Assembly (NCBI RefSeq): GCF_030028105.1
Contig: NC_092391.1
Coordinates: 30,725,223 to 30,789,222, forward strand
DNA from: Mobula birostris
Lineage: Eukaryota
Direction of reading: 5' to 3'
Length of the DNA: 64,000 bases
The position numbers were made by a program, and so were the translations under genes. The notes beneath the pieces are model-generated. The model did no database searches and had not been told where the DNA came from. It saw nothing but the letters and a program-made list of their open reading frames with translations. Of this stretch, positions 1 through 13,108 are shown one piece after another. Positions within the stretch are counted from its first letter, which is position 1. Each line of letters begins with the position of its first letter.

Positions 1-283
1 TTTTTTCCAAGTAACTTATGAATAACTGAGATTTAGTGGGAATGCAAACTAGTAGCAGTCCTGTTTACTGAGAGGTGCACTATCTCCAATAACCTCTCTT
101 CTACATAAGCCTTTAGTACCATTATGTTGGGAAAACAGCCTTTCTGTAACTTGACTAAATGGGAAGTGATTCACTACAACTGGCAAGGAATGGAATCCAC
201 AGTGACAAAATAAAATAGAGAAAGTGAGACATTCAGTCACAACATGGTAGGTATCAGTACAGATCATTTAAGTGGATGAAATC

Positions 284-614
284 ATTAGATTAGATTCTTA
301 GATTCAACTTTATTGTCATTGTGCCAAGTACAGATACAAAGCCAATGAAGTGCATTTAGCACCTGACCAGAAATGCAAAGAATAGTGTTATTTACAAAAT
401 AACTGTGAATACAAAAGTGCTACAGCACACAAATATAAAAGTACTGAGACAGTACAATACAGATGCAATACTGCTTAGCGCTGTGATGTGAGGTTCAGCA
501 GTGTCACAGACTCAGGGAAGAAGCTCTTCCAGTGCCTGCTGGTGTGGGAGCGGAGGCTCCTGTAGCGCCTACTGGATGGGAGGAGAGTAAAAACTCCATG
601 GTTAGGGTGAGATG
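284..614 (-). mobile_element. Rex1/Babar-type LINE 3' fragment
   Basis: Reverse complement of the copy at about 61930-62267; (AATCT)n tail; ORF end HPNHGVFTLLPSSRRYRSLRS. Confidence 0.85.
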
Positions 615-617
615 TCC

Positions 618-878
618 ATGCCAAACATAACGCTAATTTAAACTAGTCCCTTCTGCCTGCGCATGTGCATATCCCTCCATTCCCAGCATGGTCTTGTTGC
701 CAACTGAAAGTTTTTTAAGCACCACTATCATATCTGCCTCTATCACCTCTTGCGGTAAGTCTAGGTACTTACACACTCTGTGAAAAAAAAACTTGCCTGA
801 CACATCTCCTTTAAACTTTCCCTTCTGAGTTTATAGCTATGCCCTTTAGTATTTGACATTTCTACCCTGGGGAAAAAG
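618..878 (-). mobile_element. CR1 LINE 3' fragment (old)
   Basis: Similar to the other CR1 3' ends in the window (ctcctttaaactttccc..., catatccctccattcc). Confidence 0.65.
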
Positions 879-904
879 TGGATCAGAACAAAAAAGACAT
901 ACTA

Positions 905-1530
905 TATGAGGGGTGATTGATAAGTTCATGGCCTAAGGTAGAAGGAGTCAATTTTAGAAAACCTAGCACATTTATTTTTCAACATAGTCCCCTCTTACAT
1001 TTACACACTTAGTCCAGCAGTCGTGGAGCATATGGATCCCTTCTTTGTAGAAGTCGGCGTCTTGGACCTCCAGAAAGTGGTCCACAGCAAGGGTGATTCA
1101 TAAGTCCGTGGCCTAAGGTAGAAGGAGATGAGTTATACAGCAACACACATAAAAGTTGCTGGTGAACACAGCAGGCCAGGCAGCACGAGGAAATCTGCAG
1201 ATGCTGGAATTTCAAGCAACACACTTAAAAATTATACAGCTCTCGTTACATGCATGTGCAGTTCAACTCTGCATGATTATGCAGAAAGTTTGAAGTTAAT
1301 AACTCATCTCCTTCTACTTTAGGTCATGAACTTATCAATCACCCCCGCTGTGGACCAATTTCTGGAGGTCCAAGACGCCAACTTCTACAAAGAAGGGATC
1401 CGTATGCTCCACGACCACTGGACTAAGTGTGTAAATGTAAGAGGGGACTATGTTGAAAAATAAATGTGCTAGGTTTTCTAAATTTGACTCCTTCTAACTT
1501 AGGCCACGAACTTATCAATCACCCCTCATA
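905..1530. mobile_element. Mariner-derived fold-back MITE
   Basis: TA-flanked TIR TA(C/T)GAGGGGTGATTGATAAGTT at both ends; arms of about 230 bp are inverted copies of each other; each arm carries the mariner transposase C-terminus (FYKEGIRMLHDHWTKCVNVRGDYVEK*). Confidence 0.9.
1142..1231 (-). mobile_element. Penelope-like element tail fragment inserted in the MITE spacer
   Basis: Matches the PLE tail seen elsewhere (ctgcagatgctgg..., gcaggccaggcagca); flanked by the 9-bp direct repeat TTATACAGC (1133-1141 and 1232-1240). Confidence 0.7.
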
Positions 1531-4500
1531 CTTTTATGACAAACTATAACAGGAGGATGGCTGGTAACTTCATGATATTGAAATAAAAAAAGGAAACACT
1601 TGCTGAAACTCTATTATGGTATCCTCTTAAATATTCTTTCCTTCCATTATTATGCTTTTATTAAGAAAACCCTTTGGCTTTAGGCAATTTGACTAACTGC
1701 AATAATTTTGGTCATGATCAGCACTTAGAATGGGGTTTGGAACCAGTTCAGAACTCCCCGACCAGTGCATGTTGCTCTTTGGGTCTCAGTGGACAATACA
1801 TTGGGCAGTTCTCCCATGAGTGTATGTTTATTACAACTCAACAATGTTTGCTTCTCAGTGGGTCCTGAATGGAAATATTTTAGCACCAATATATAATCCA
1901 GAACTTAGCAGTTGAAAATAATGATTTACAACAAAATGGGAGCAGGATTTTGTTTTAGACCTGTTCTCCAAAACAAGTCAGGTCACTGTCTGAGTGCTGG
2001 CGAGCTCTGGCCTATGTTACTTGCTGATTGAGCTACTGATATAACACTTGGGTCAGAAAGTCTCGTCACTTTATTGCATTTTTATTTCATTTAAGCGACT
2101 GCTATGTGGTGAAGCTCAAGCTCGGTATCCAGTGAAACCTCTCGAGGTCCCTGGTGACTATTTTTCTGTATGCTTTTAGACTCGCATATGGTTTCCAGTC
2201 CAACCATTATTCAACTGAAACCAAGAGTCAAAAGAAAGGAAATTAGTTGTCAGGTTCAGTGAAAAAACCCATAAATCATTTTTAAGTTACTGAATTGTGA
2301 AAATCCTGTATTTGTGGAGGTTCATCGAGACATGAGTGCGGCTTCCTGCAAATGTGTTTTTTGAAGTGTTGGGGGCCTGGTGAAAACGGTTCACTTGCCA
2401 CCTTGCGCGTAAATCTGCCAAAATGTTTCGAAATTAGTGAAGTGACAAATTGCTGTCTGAGGACAGAATTCTTACAGACAAAGGATTAGTTGAGTTGAGG
2501 GTTCACAGCACGCCAATTTTAATAAATGTGGACCAGAAGTCAATGAAAGGAAATCACTCATCAAGTTAAGAAGTTGCTGAGGTGTCATTTTAGTATTTTA
2601 TGGATGTATCAACAAGACACTCAGACAATGTGTTGCACTTTTGGTTGTAGAAGACCATGTCTAATTAGATGCTGCTGCAAAGGAAACTCATTTAAAATCT
2701 GAGGTAGCATTTTTGCATGTGCAAAGCATAAATGAAAACAACCCACTTGGGGACACTAAGTCGTAACACACCAAGCCTGGGCAAAACTTTTGAGGAAGAT
2801 TTATTTTATAAGACTGCGTACACTCATTGCTTAATTTGTCTTACTTTTGTCCCGGAACAGTCATCAGCTTTACGCTCATGGCAAGGTTCAATGGAGGTAA
2901 ATTTTCTCCGCTAATTTCTCAGTTACAAATATGGAACACAGAGGCATTTTCCAATCAGCAAAAATGAAAGAAGTGTAGATCTTGGAGTCAGGAAAAGGAA
3001 CTTGATGACTCACATAAAACAGATGGATCAATCTTGGTCAGCTGTTGTATACATGCCATCCAAATTAAAATGGGTGCTATGTACAATCCAGGATCCAGAA
3101 ATGAACTATTTAATAATGTTTTATCAGTACACCTGTGACACTGCTTCACGACGGACCAATAATTACTTCAGCACTTCTTAATGAGGTATTGGTGGTGTCC
3201 CTAAAAGAGTTGTACAACAAGCAAAACTGTGACATGGATCCTTCACATTTAGACATGGAAATACAAAAGCCATTGTTTGGTGAGACTGTGTGATCACCTT
3301 CAGGATTAGAGATCACAATTCAGCAAAATACAGTCTCAGCAACCTAGAAACTTTGCTTTCAGGTACAGAGTGAGAAATGAATCAATCTTAAGATGAATGA
3401 GAAGTAGATATTTCTGCAATTTTAATACAAAAAAGCTCACCATCTTAAGAGCAAAACTGCACTGCACACCAACAGCATGACTTCAGGTATGCTTTAATGT
3501 TTTTTTTCTTTCAGATGATTGATCATATCAGAAAGGTGATTGATTATTTAAGATTATTTTCTGAAAGCTAGCTTCTGGAATCCTGTGAGTGATGAAAGGA
3601 GATTGAGAACTTGGATAAACAGTGACAAGTGAAGTTTAACTGTGAGGTCATCCACTGTGGATCAAAAATTACAAATGCGTTTGTCTTGTTTTCTACAGTG
3701 GATGTGGAAAGAGATTTCGAATGTCCATGTGCACAAATCACAAAACCTACAACACAGAAAAAAGATAGTCAACAAGACTATTAGAATTCAAATGTCTTTG
3801 GAATGCAAAGGTGAGGAAAAGATTATTTCTTTGTGCAATCTTGGACAAACCCTCATCTAGAATGATACATTCAGTTTTGAGTACCATACCTCAGGAAGGA
3901 ACTTTGATCCAGTGCTTCCGTATATGCTCATTTCAGATACACCAGAACTTTACCTGGTATAAGAATAAAGCATTAAACTCTAAAGACAATCAGGACTGCA
4001 GTCCCTTGAGCTTAGGGGGCTAAGTGTGAACTAGTGGAAAATCTTAAAATGAAAAAGGGACTTAGTCGCATAGTTGCAAGAAAATCTAAATTTCTGGGCT
4101 GCAGGAAAAAATAGCAAAGTTGCTGTCATTGATCAGATTAATCATTACCATATTTAATGATGGAGCAGATTTGACAACTTGTACTTCTAATTCATATGCT
4201 CTTATGTACAGAAAAATATCCGATATCCACCTGATCCCAACTCCTCAAACACCCAGTTCCTGGCAGTCTCCTCCCTTGTTACCATCCAGTCCACAGCTCC
4301 ACTCTAATACTGGCTTGGAGTGGGAATTTTGTCATGGTGAAGGGTGAGAAAGAATGTGAACAAGAGCCTTGGGTCAATGATATCACTAAATTTTTCAGCA
4401 GCAGGATCATGATCAGAATAGCCATTGTCACAGCGTATAATTACCACACCTCACCCATTGTTGAGGAAACTCCAGGCTCTAGTCTTCCATGTGCACAGCA

Positions 4501-5669
4501 ACAGGCAGAATTGTTAATTCAAAAAAGGTGTGTACAATATACTACAAAACTTCTGTCAATAAATGTTATCGGTAAATATCAAGCAGACTGAGAGAGTGCA
4601 GGATGGTGTGAATTGAGCTCTGCTGTGCTTAGCTTCCCTAAAATGATTCCACAATCACATTCCTGTCTGTCTGTCAGGACTTCAACCCAAACATTTGGAG
4701 GTCATGTGATTTTATTTCAGGCATAAGCCGTTACTGACACACTTTGATTTGATTAAATGTATTTAAACCTTCAGTTAACTATTAACATATTATTTCATGG
4801 TTATGTGATTTCCAAAAGCATTATTTAGTCAATCAAACCTGAAAGTTTCAGATTTTTATAGAAGTATTAGTTGAACTTTTAATGCTAAAATACTCTTTCC
4901 ACTAATTTATCTGAAAAGAAGTCTCTAATTCAAAGCACATGCCTTCAGATTAGCTCTGCTGTGATTTGTACTTTTCATATGGGAACTTTAAACAAGTTTA
5001 CTACAGATGTAACTTTTTTTTTAATCAAGAATAAAACAAAATGCGATTAAGCATGTTCAAAAATCTCCCTTCCCCTTGATTGCTCAAAGGAAAATTATAC
5101 TGATTTGCTTTTATTCATATACCTATTTGACAAAAGTTCACATTTTCAGACACATGTTAAAATATTACTATAAAATGTGAAGAAGGTTTAGACTTATTGT
5201 TTGAACTAATTGCTTTTACATAGCAAACACTCCAAAGAATCCTTCCCAAGGAAAAAAAATATTAATTAATGTTGGTTCTGGAAGGACGGAAAAGGTGGGT
5301 GGCATGGATGGGAAACACAGAAGCACAATCAAAGAACTGGGAGTTTGCGAGTTATTTTGTTCTGCTCCATTTCTGAGATTGGTAGCCAGATAATATTCAA
5401 CAGAAGTTTAGAGCATAGTTCAATACAGTCAGTGTAGAGCACTAGAAGCAACAAACAATCACATTCAATTGAGGACTATTGAACAGGGTGATGCAAAATA
5501 TCAGTCATTCCAAGATTACTGAACACCAGTAGATTACTTGAACTTCCTGCAGACTCTGTTGAAGGAATAGGAGAGAAATAACTCATGTCAGATTATAGCA
5601 GGTACAGAGCAAGAGGATAAAGAACAATCCCAATGGGAGATTGATATGTTCTCAAAAATCTGAAAACAA

Positions 5670-5998
5670 CTTCTTCCACCTCCTCTTCTATCAAGCAGAA
5701 GATACAAGACCTTGAAAACACATAACACCAGGCTCAAGGATAACTTCTATCCCACCGCTGTAAGACTCTTGAATAGACTTCTTGCACAATAAATATGAAC
5801 TCTTGATCTTGCAATCAATTTCAACATGGCTTTACACTTTTGCTGTAAGTATAACACCGTTTTCACTGCTATTTGTTCTCTTCTGTACTTCCCAGATGTA
5901 CTTATGTATGGACAGATCTTTCTAGGTGGCATATACACAATGTAATTCATTGACTCTCAGTACATATGACAACATAAAACCATTTACCAATTACCAAC
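5670..5998 (+). mobile_element. Rex1-type LINE 3' end
   Basis: PLLSSRRYKTLKTHNTRLKDNFYPTAVRLLN motif followed by a 3' UTR with a (CCAATTA)n tail. Confidence 0.75.
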
Positions 5999-6179
5999 AT
6001 TGTAATTGGTAATTGGTTTAATTTGTCATATGTACTTTCAGAAGCCTATATGAAATCAGTTGGCATAGAATTTTTCAATTGAATAAAAGATAATTATTTT
6101 TATATGCTGCCTTGTTAATTCATGAGTTGTCACTGTTTTTGACAGCATAATTGAATAGGTTAGGAATGAAAGGGCACAT

Positions 6180-6455
6180 TGGCATCGGTGGGATAGAATT
6201 GATTCCCAGGAACAAGCGGCGATGTCGTGCTTTTTTCAAATGAGCTTTGAACATGTCCTTGAACCTTCCCGCTTTCCATTTGGTAACCTCTTTCCACGTT
6301 AAAGTGGGTCTGTTGTGGCTGTCTGTTGTAGGGCTTCAATGCTGGGGACATTGGTCTGGGAAAGTATATTGATCCTGGTTCACTTACTCTTCTGGCAAAC
6401 TTGGAGATAGGATTGGTGTTTTTCTTCAAGTGTTTTGAGCTGCTTGCAATTTATT
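6180..6455 (-). mobile_element. RTE-clade LINE RT C-terminal relic
   Basis: Frame-shifted peptides QLKTLEEKHQ..., NVPSIEAL..., GKRLP..., FKDMFKAHLKK..., SWES resemble the RTE ORF end (LERFHQRCLR...IPSIEAL...GKR..GG.RKRFKD.LK..LK...WE). Confidence 0.7.
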
Positions 6456-7638
6456 CTATCAGATGAAAATAGTCTTTATTCTAAATATTGTCCCAACCAC
6501 CAGGTAAGCAGACAAGTGGTTTCAGACAGCATACTTTCTTCACTGCTCAGAAAGTTCATCAACAGTCTTTAAAAAAATAATGAGATAATATCTCCACAGA
6601 AATTCTATTTAAAACAAATGACTTTGAGGCAGTGGTTTATATTACTGATTATCCTGGGACCAGTTCACAGAAAAAAGGAAATGCTTGACAGTTCTAATTA
6701 ACACTTCTTCAAATTGCGATGATGCCATTATTGCCTGTCGTTTAATAAATTAACTCTTTAGAATATGTTACCAGCACAATTCACTAACTCACGAGGCAGA
6801 GAAGGCTTTGAACATGTGAGATAAATGGAGACAATGTGGAATATTCAATACAAAATCTTTTACTATTTGTTAATTTATTTGTAGTAATATTACTTTATGT
6901 ATCGTGCGTTAGTTTTATGTGCTGTGTTTTGCAACTTGGTCAGGAGAAACATTTTTTGATTTGTACATGTGCACATTTGAATGAAAATAAGGTTGAACTT
7001 GAACTTCAAGTGCAAAATAATAAAGATTCCATGTGACCTGCGGAAGTTTGGTAATCTTGCAATTATTAATACTTTTAACTCACCTTACCTGACAATCAGT
7101 GGTATCTCAAAAGGGACATAATTTGTGGTTGCTTCCATTCCTCTACTTTGGCTAGCTAGTAATTCTAACCACTGTGTAAACATACTCAAAATTATGTCCA
7201 AGATTATCTGGAAATCAGATCAGTGAAGTAACAGGACTAAAATACGTTTATATTACTTAAGGAATTCAACTTCAAAGGATTGAGGAATGAATTGAAAGAG
7301 ATGAAATGGGGGCCCTGCTGAAGGATTTTAGCACAGAGTATAAATAGAGCACTTTTGAAAACAAATGATAAGTGTCCATATAATTTCCATGGTATTTAAT
7401 GCTGTGAATGTTTAAGGATGTTTTGTGACCTTTTCAATTCAATGATTGTTTAAAAAAATTGACTTATGTCTTTTCACTTAAGTCAACTACTTACCCTTTA
7501 ACTAATGATCATTCTGTAAACAGTAACCTGTTATTCCAGTTCTGTGGTCCAGGCTGAACCTTGCTAAATATGTGTTGTTTCACATTGATTTCAACACAAT
7601 CATGAAGGGTATAAAGTACCAATTTACATGACTATCCT

Positions 7639-7939
7639 TTATACAGTTCTCATTACATGCACGTGCAGTTCAACTCTTTGAGTGATTATGCAGAATGTTT
7701 GAAGTTAATAACTCATCTCCTACTACATTAGGCCATGAACTTATCAATCACCCCTGCTGTGGACCACTTTCTGGAGGTCCAAGATGCCGACTTCTACAAA
7801 GAAGGGATCCGTATGCTCCATGACCACTGGACTAAGTGTGTAAATGTAGGAGGGGACTATGTTGAAAAATAAATGTGCTCGATTTTCTAAAATTGACTCC
7901 TTCTACCTTAGGCTACAAACTTATCAATCACCCCTCGTA
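7639..7939 (+). mobile_element. Right half of the same mariner MITE family as 905-1530
   Basis: Near-identical to 1232-1530; encodes AVDHFLEVQDADFYKEGIRMLHDHWTKCVNVGGDYVEK*; ends CACCCCTCG-TA. Confidence 0.9.
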
Positions 7940-8794
7940 GCCAAAGAAGTGGAACTGCCCATTTACCGAAGAGTCCACAATTCCATTGGCCACATAAGCC
8001 ACATCAGAACCCATAGAATTGGCATGGAAACAAGCATTTCTCAATCCTGAGTGACTATTTCAGAAGAAGAAGAGAGTGGGTAATGAATTAACAATGACGA
8101 TTAACTCTCTGTCAATTTTCTAGCAATCTATTGACCCACATCAAATTGCATTGTTTACACATTTACACAACTGGCCAGCATGCAAAGACTAGGTGATCTA
8201 TAGGCCTGACCCATTCTCCACATAAACAGCCAAGGTGTCATGACTAAAGAATTTCCCCTCCCTTTTCTGCATCTCCGCATCTTTTCCTAAACCCTTCCTA
8301 AGCAGTTTCTTGGGAGAGGCAGAGAAAGATGTAAGGAGAAAAGCTGAGAGTGAAAATATTCTTAGGAAACTTCTTCTCAAAGCTCCTCAGATAATCAAAA
8401 CTATCCCAGGGAATCACAGTGACAAAACAATCTTAATCGCATTATTTATCTCTACCTTTGTCAAGACCCAGACCAAATCTTCTTGAAGGAATGAAGTGCA
8501 TTCACTTCATTAGCTGACGATATATTTTGTTTCTTCAATGCTCTTTGCATAAAGAAGAGCTGTCAATAATCCTGTAAGGCTGTTATTTTACTAAATTTAA
8601 ACATCTGTCCTCAGGTTCTCTGCAAATTATTAAACCGAACTAATCACCCTTCGGGACGCTGTACAATGCTTTAATAAATCTCCCTCAGATTGCTCTAAGT
8701 CCATGCTAGGTCAGGATGTACAGAAGCAACTCCCTGACTGGAAACAGCCTTGATGCTCATAATAACATGGGAGGAGTGTACTTCTAGATGTCAT

Positions 8795-9130
8795 GACTGG
8801 TAAAGTAGTTGCTTCCTTGTTCCAGTAAGCTAGGCTCAATCCTATTCTTGGGTGCTGTCTCTGTAGAGTTAGCACACTCTCCTTGTGACAATGTGGGTTT
8901 CTTCTGCGTGCTCTACGTACTCCCTATGCACCTAAAGGCTTGCATACTGTTAGATTAACTGGTCACTGTTCTATAAGTGAGTGCCGGCTGTTTACGTGGC
9001 TGATAGAATCTCGGGGCAAGTTGAGGAGAATGTGGGGGGATTAAAATAGATTAGAATAAGATTAGTGTAAATGGATGCTTAACAATCAGCAAGTATTCTG
9101 TGGGTCAAATGTCCTATTTCCTTGCAGTAC
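8795..9130 (+). mobile_element. tRNA-derived V-SINE (HE1-like), decayed
   Basis: Central domain gagttagcacactctccttgtgac...gtgggtttcttctgcgtgctct; CR1-like tail. Confidence 0.65.
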
Positions 9131-9243
9131 CTCTCAATGAATAAATTAGTAATATATAAAAGCAATCATGTAACATGTGAGAAGGAGTCTTGTGTGTTAG
9201 TTTAGTACTGATAGATAAGATACAATATTTCCTTTTTATTTCT

Positions 9244-10090
9244 TCAAAGTTCAAATTACAAAACAAATCTATTATCAAAGCACGTATACTACCCTGAGAT
9301 TCATTTTCTTGTGGGCATTCATGGTACATAGAAAGAAACACCATAGAATCAATGAAAATCTGCACAGCACAAAGATGGATAAATAATCAATGTGGACAAG
9401 ACAGCAACCTCTGCAAATACAAAAAGAAAAGAAACATAATAATAATAACAATAAGTAAATAAATAAGCAATAAATATAACGATCTTCAAATGAGCAGACA
9501 CAGGTGTAGAGTAAACTCAGGACTCGATATTAGAAATTAACGATGAAGATTTATTCAGAGAATAATACAGTGAAAGATAAAACTAAGAGCTCACATACTT
9601 GGGATTTGAGCACACAGAAAGGCAGTTCACAGAGAACTCGAATCTAGAGCTCAGCAATGAGAGCTGGTTCGTAAATAGAACATAAACACAGGAAACCCAT
9701 TCAGACTAAAATCAAAAACTAATCACTTAAAAACAAGAAGCATAAGGAAACTGTGTGCACATAACGAGCATCATGAAAAACATGGTGACAGATTAATGAT
9801 AAAAGTAGTCATTAAACAACTTGAATAAACTCAAATAAATGATGTTCCAATGCATCAAGACCTGCTGCTAACCGGCGCCTCTCGCTGGTCTGAAGGATTC
9901 ATGACAATGCAAACATGTATATGAGTTGAAAAGTCCTTGAAAGTGAGTCCATAATTGTGGGATCAGTGTTGGGGTAAGTGAGATTGAGTGAAGTAAACTC
10001 CTCTGGTTCGAGAGCCTATTGGTTGAGGGATAATAACTGTGCCTGAAGCTGGTGGTGTGAGACTTGAAGCTCCTGTACTTACTTCCTGAT
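9244..10090 (-). mobile_element. Rex1-type LINE 3' end, split by an insertion at about 9475-9906
   Basis: ttcaaagttcaaa tail and accctgagattcattttcttgtgggc UTR; homology resumes at gtccttgaaagtgagtcc after the insertion. Confidence 0.75.
9475..9906 (-). mobile_element. Solo-LTR-like insertion
   Basis: About 430-bp block interrupting the Rex1 UTR; termini TATAAC...ATGACA (TG..CA-like, one end decayed); no clear TSD. Confidence 0.45.
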
Positions 10091-10139
10091 TACTAGCCAA
10101 AGTGAAATTGTACAAGAATACAACCTTACCATAGGGTCC

Positions 10140-10464
10140 ACACATCCAGGCTCAGGAGGAGTCATTACCCCTCAACCATTAGGCTCTTGGAATGGTGGGA
10201 ATAACTTCACTCAACTTCATTCACCCCATTACTGAACAGTTCCCACAACCTATGGACACATTAAAGGATTCTTCATCTCAAGTTCATGATATTTATTATT
10301 TATTTATTTATCATTATTATTTGCTTGTCTGTCCTTTTGGCTGGGGTCTTCCATTGATTCTATTGTGTTTCTTGGATTTACTATATATCTGCAAGAAAAC
10401 GAATCTCAGGGTTGTACATGACAACATATATGTACTTTGACAATAAATTTACTTTGAACTTTGA
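10140..10464 (+). mobile_element. Rex1-type LINE 3' end
   Basis: gaatctcagggttgtacatg...aataaatttactttgaactttga tail. Confidence 0.8.
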
Positions 10465-12214
10465 AGACAAATACAATTTAGAGACATGATGAGAAGCTGA
10501 CATCATATAAAAATGAAATGGCATTGTCCCACCCTGAATGGGATTTATCTGGGAACACTTTAGCTTGTAGGGAAACACCTGAAATGCTCACAGGGTAAAT
10601 ACTGAGACATGGAAGTCCTTACAAGAAAACACGCAATTTTCACTAACGTTGAAATAAATGGAGAAAAGGGAAGTTGAACATTTTGCAGAATAGAAGCACT
10701 ATCTGCAACTCGGTTTTAACTCTCAACTCACCCCACTCCTTGTAGTCTTCTCTTGATATATACAGCAAAGACGCCCGATTGAACAATACTTAGTGAACAT
10801 TTTAGCAACTGTTCATCCACATTCTCTCCTTAGTGTTGGGTCTTAGAAATAAAATCTTGGCATAGTAACAGAAGGAAAAAACAAAGTTTTTAATTGTGGA
10901 AAGCAAAATAAAACAATCAGAGAAATAAAATCAATAAGAGCAAGAAAGAAAAAGTTAAAGTGGATGAAAAAAAAGATATAGCATCACTCAAATGCCAAAA
11001 GACAAAGAAGAAAAGCAGTGACAAGCATATTTTTGGTCTACACAGGAATCATAGATTCTGGGGGACAGACAGGAAAGTGTAGCTGATGCCAAGATAAGAA
11101 CTCACTGAAGGATAGATCATGCTCAACGGGCTAGATGGCCTACTCTTGCTCTTAAATTTTTTTAAGTTCACATGCTTTTAAATATAGTACCTCTCACTCG
11201 TGTGTGATTCAAAAGTAGGATGCAGATTATAGATGAGTGATAATGTTACAAAAAGCATGGAATCATACCAATAATCACAGTGAAGATGGAATGTAAATAA
11301 GCAATTAATTCAACAAGTTCAGTTCAGCAATAATCTATGCAGGAAAGATCTTCTCTGTGATGGACCTGACCCCACAGTGTTGAAATTTTGTTAATCAGTG
11401 CTTTGCATAAACAGTCTCCAACCTCCAGAGGCAATCAAGCAAAATTCCAGAAAATGTGATTCTGGCAGGCTCTTCAAACTCCCCCCTTGAGCCCCAGCCT
11501 TCTCCACGCAACCACTCTGGATCTTTTGTCAGGCTCACATTCTCGACTTTTCCTTATGTCACTTTTGTTTAGCTTTGTCCTTTCAAATTATTTTTTAGTC
11601 ATTTACACAAAAACCGATCATTCCAATCAATGAGGCAATCTGCCCACTAAAACTCTGGCACTATTTTCACTCTCACTCGGGTACCTCAATGACCCAGTAG
11701 AATGCCAAGCCTGATTACTTCCAGCATTACAAAATTACTATCGGCATGGATAAAGGGGCCTCTGTGCCACTACCAGATCTTTCTCATATATTTAACACAT
11801 TTAAATCTGCGCATTCAAAAGTGGATCCCATCCTTTCTATCACTCCCTGCTTCCAGGTTTCATTTTCTCCCACTCTTGGACCCCACATGAACTGTGCTGT
11901 TTATTTCTTATTTCAAAATAAATTTTATTCATGAACAAGCCTTAAATATATAAATACTGAACTTTCCAGTCAACATTATCATGATGTTACTTCATTACTT
12001 AATATCAACATCCCATCAGTTACTTTTTTTAGTTACATCAGTTACATCAGTCCCATTTACGAACTTCAAGGAAAGTTATTTGAAAAATTGAATACTATTA
12101 CCTCTTACAAAGTGAAACCAAACAATATAGGTGACAACAAGGCTTTTTCTCCAGAAGAGCACACTGCCTTATATTCTCACTTTGACAGACAAGATATGGA
12201 AGAACTTTCATAAA

Positions 12215-12740
12215 CTCCCATAGCCCCTGATGATCCTGTAATTTCAGTCCTTCAGGAACGTTAACGCATACAAAGCATCTGGCCCAGACGGTATCCCTGG
12301 CTGAGTACTAAAGACACGTGCTGATCAACTGGCTGGAGAGTTCACCGATATCTTTAACCCCTCTGGCAATCTGAAGTACCCACCTGCTTCAAGCAGGCTT
12401 CAATTGAACCGATGCCTTAGAGGAGCGTGGCAACCTGACTCAATGACTATTGTCTGGCAGCACTTAACATCCACAGTAAAAATGTGCTTTAAGAGGTTGG
12501 TGGTGAAACATACCAACTCCTGCCTGAGAAGTGACTTGGATTCATTCCAATTTGCCTACTGACACAACAGGTCCACAACTGACTCCATCTCATTAGATCT
12601 TTATTCAACCATGGAACATCTGGACTGCAAAGGTGCATACATTGGGATTCTATTTATCAACTACATCTTAGCATTCAACACCATTATCCCTCAAAACTAA
12701 TCAATAAGCTTCAAGACCTGGGCCTCCATACCTCCTTACT
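12215..12740 (+). mobile_element. Rex1/Babar RT fragment
   Basis: Decayed frames: GPDGIPG*VLKTRADQLAGEFTDIFN, VPTCFKQASI, LNDY, FQFAY, ILFINYILAFNTII. Confidence 0.8.
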
Positions 12741-12744
12741 CCAG

Positions 12745-13108
12745 TATGAGCTCCAATGGTTATGTGCACATTGAACTGGTTTAACTGTAATGGGCTCTTT
12801 TCTTTTCTATTTTTTCCTATTAACTGTTTGATAAAGCTGAAAATGGTAAACACACTTTCTTGATAATTTTATGCGGTGTACGACCTTTTATTTCTTGCCA
12901 ACCGATAATTGCATATGAGTATTCGCTCAAATCGAGGTTTATTTCATCGGAACATCACAAATTTCCCGTTTGGTTGAACCCCAGATGATACCAACAATAG
13001 AGGTATATTGTTTATGAAAGGTGGTCTTCTCATCGTTGAGTCATGTGGCTCTTAGCCAAGTTAGCTATCGAGCCAAGTTTGCATATGAGCCCAGTGAGAG
13101 GGTTACAT
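12745..13108. mobile_element. LTR-like repeat fragment
   Basis: CpG-containing block ending GAGGGTTACA; no TSD found. Confidence 0.35.

Noticed and set aside
6160-6429. 89-aa minus-strand ORF, and an ag...gtaagt-bounded segment near 6388-6457, as an ASTN2 exon
   Set aside because: No similarity to the expected next ASTN2 exon (AFKSALMSSYWCSGKG); the region is a frame-shifted RTE LINE relic.
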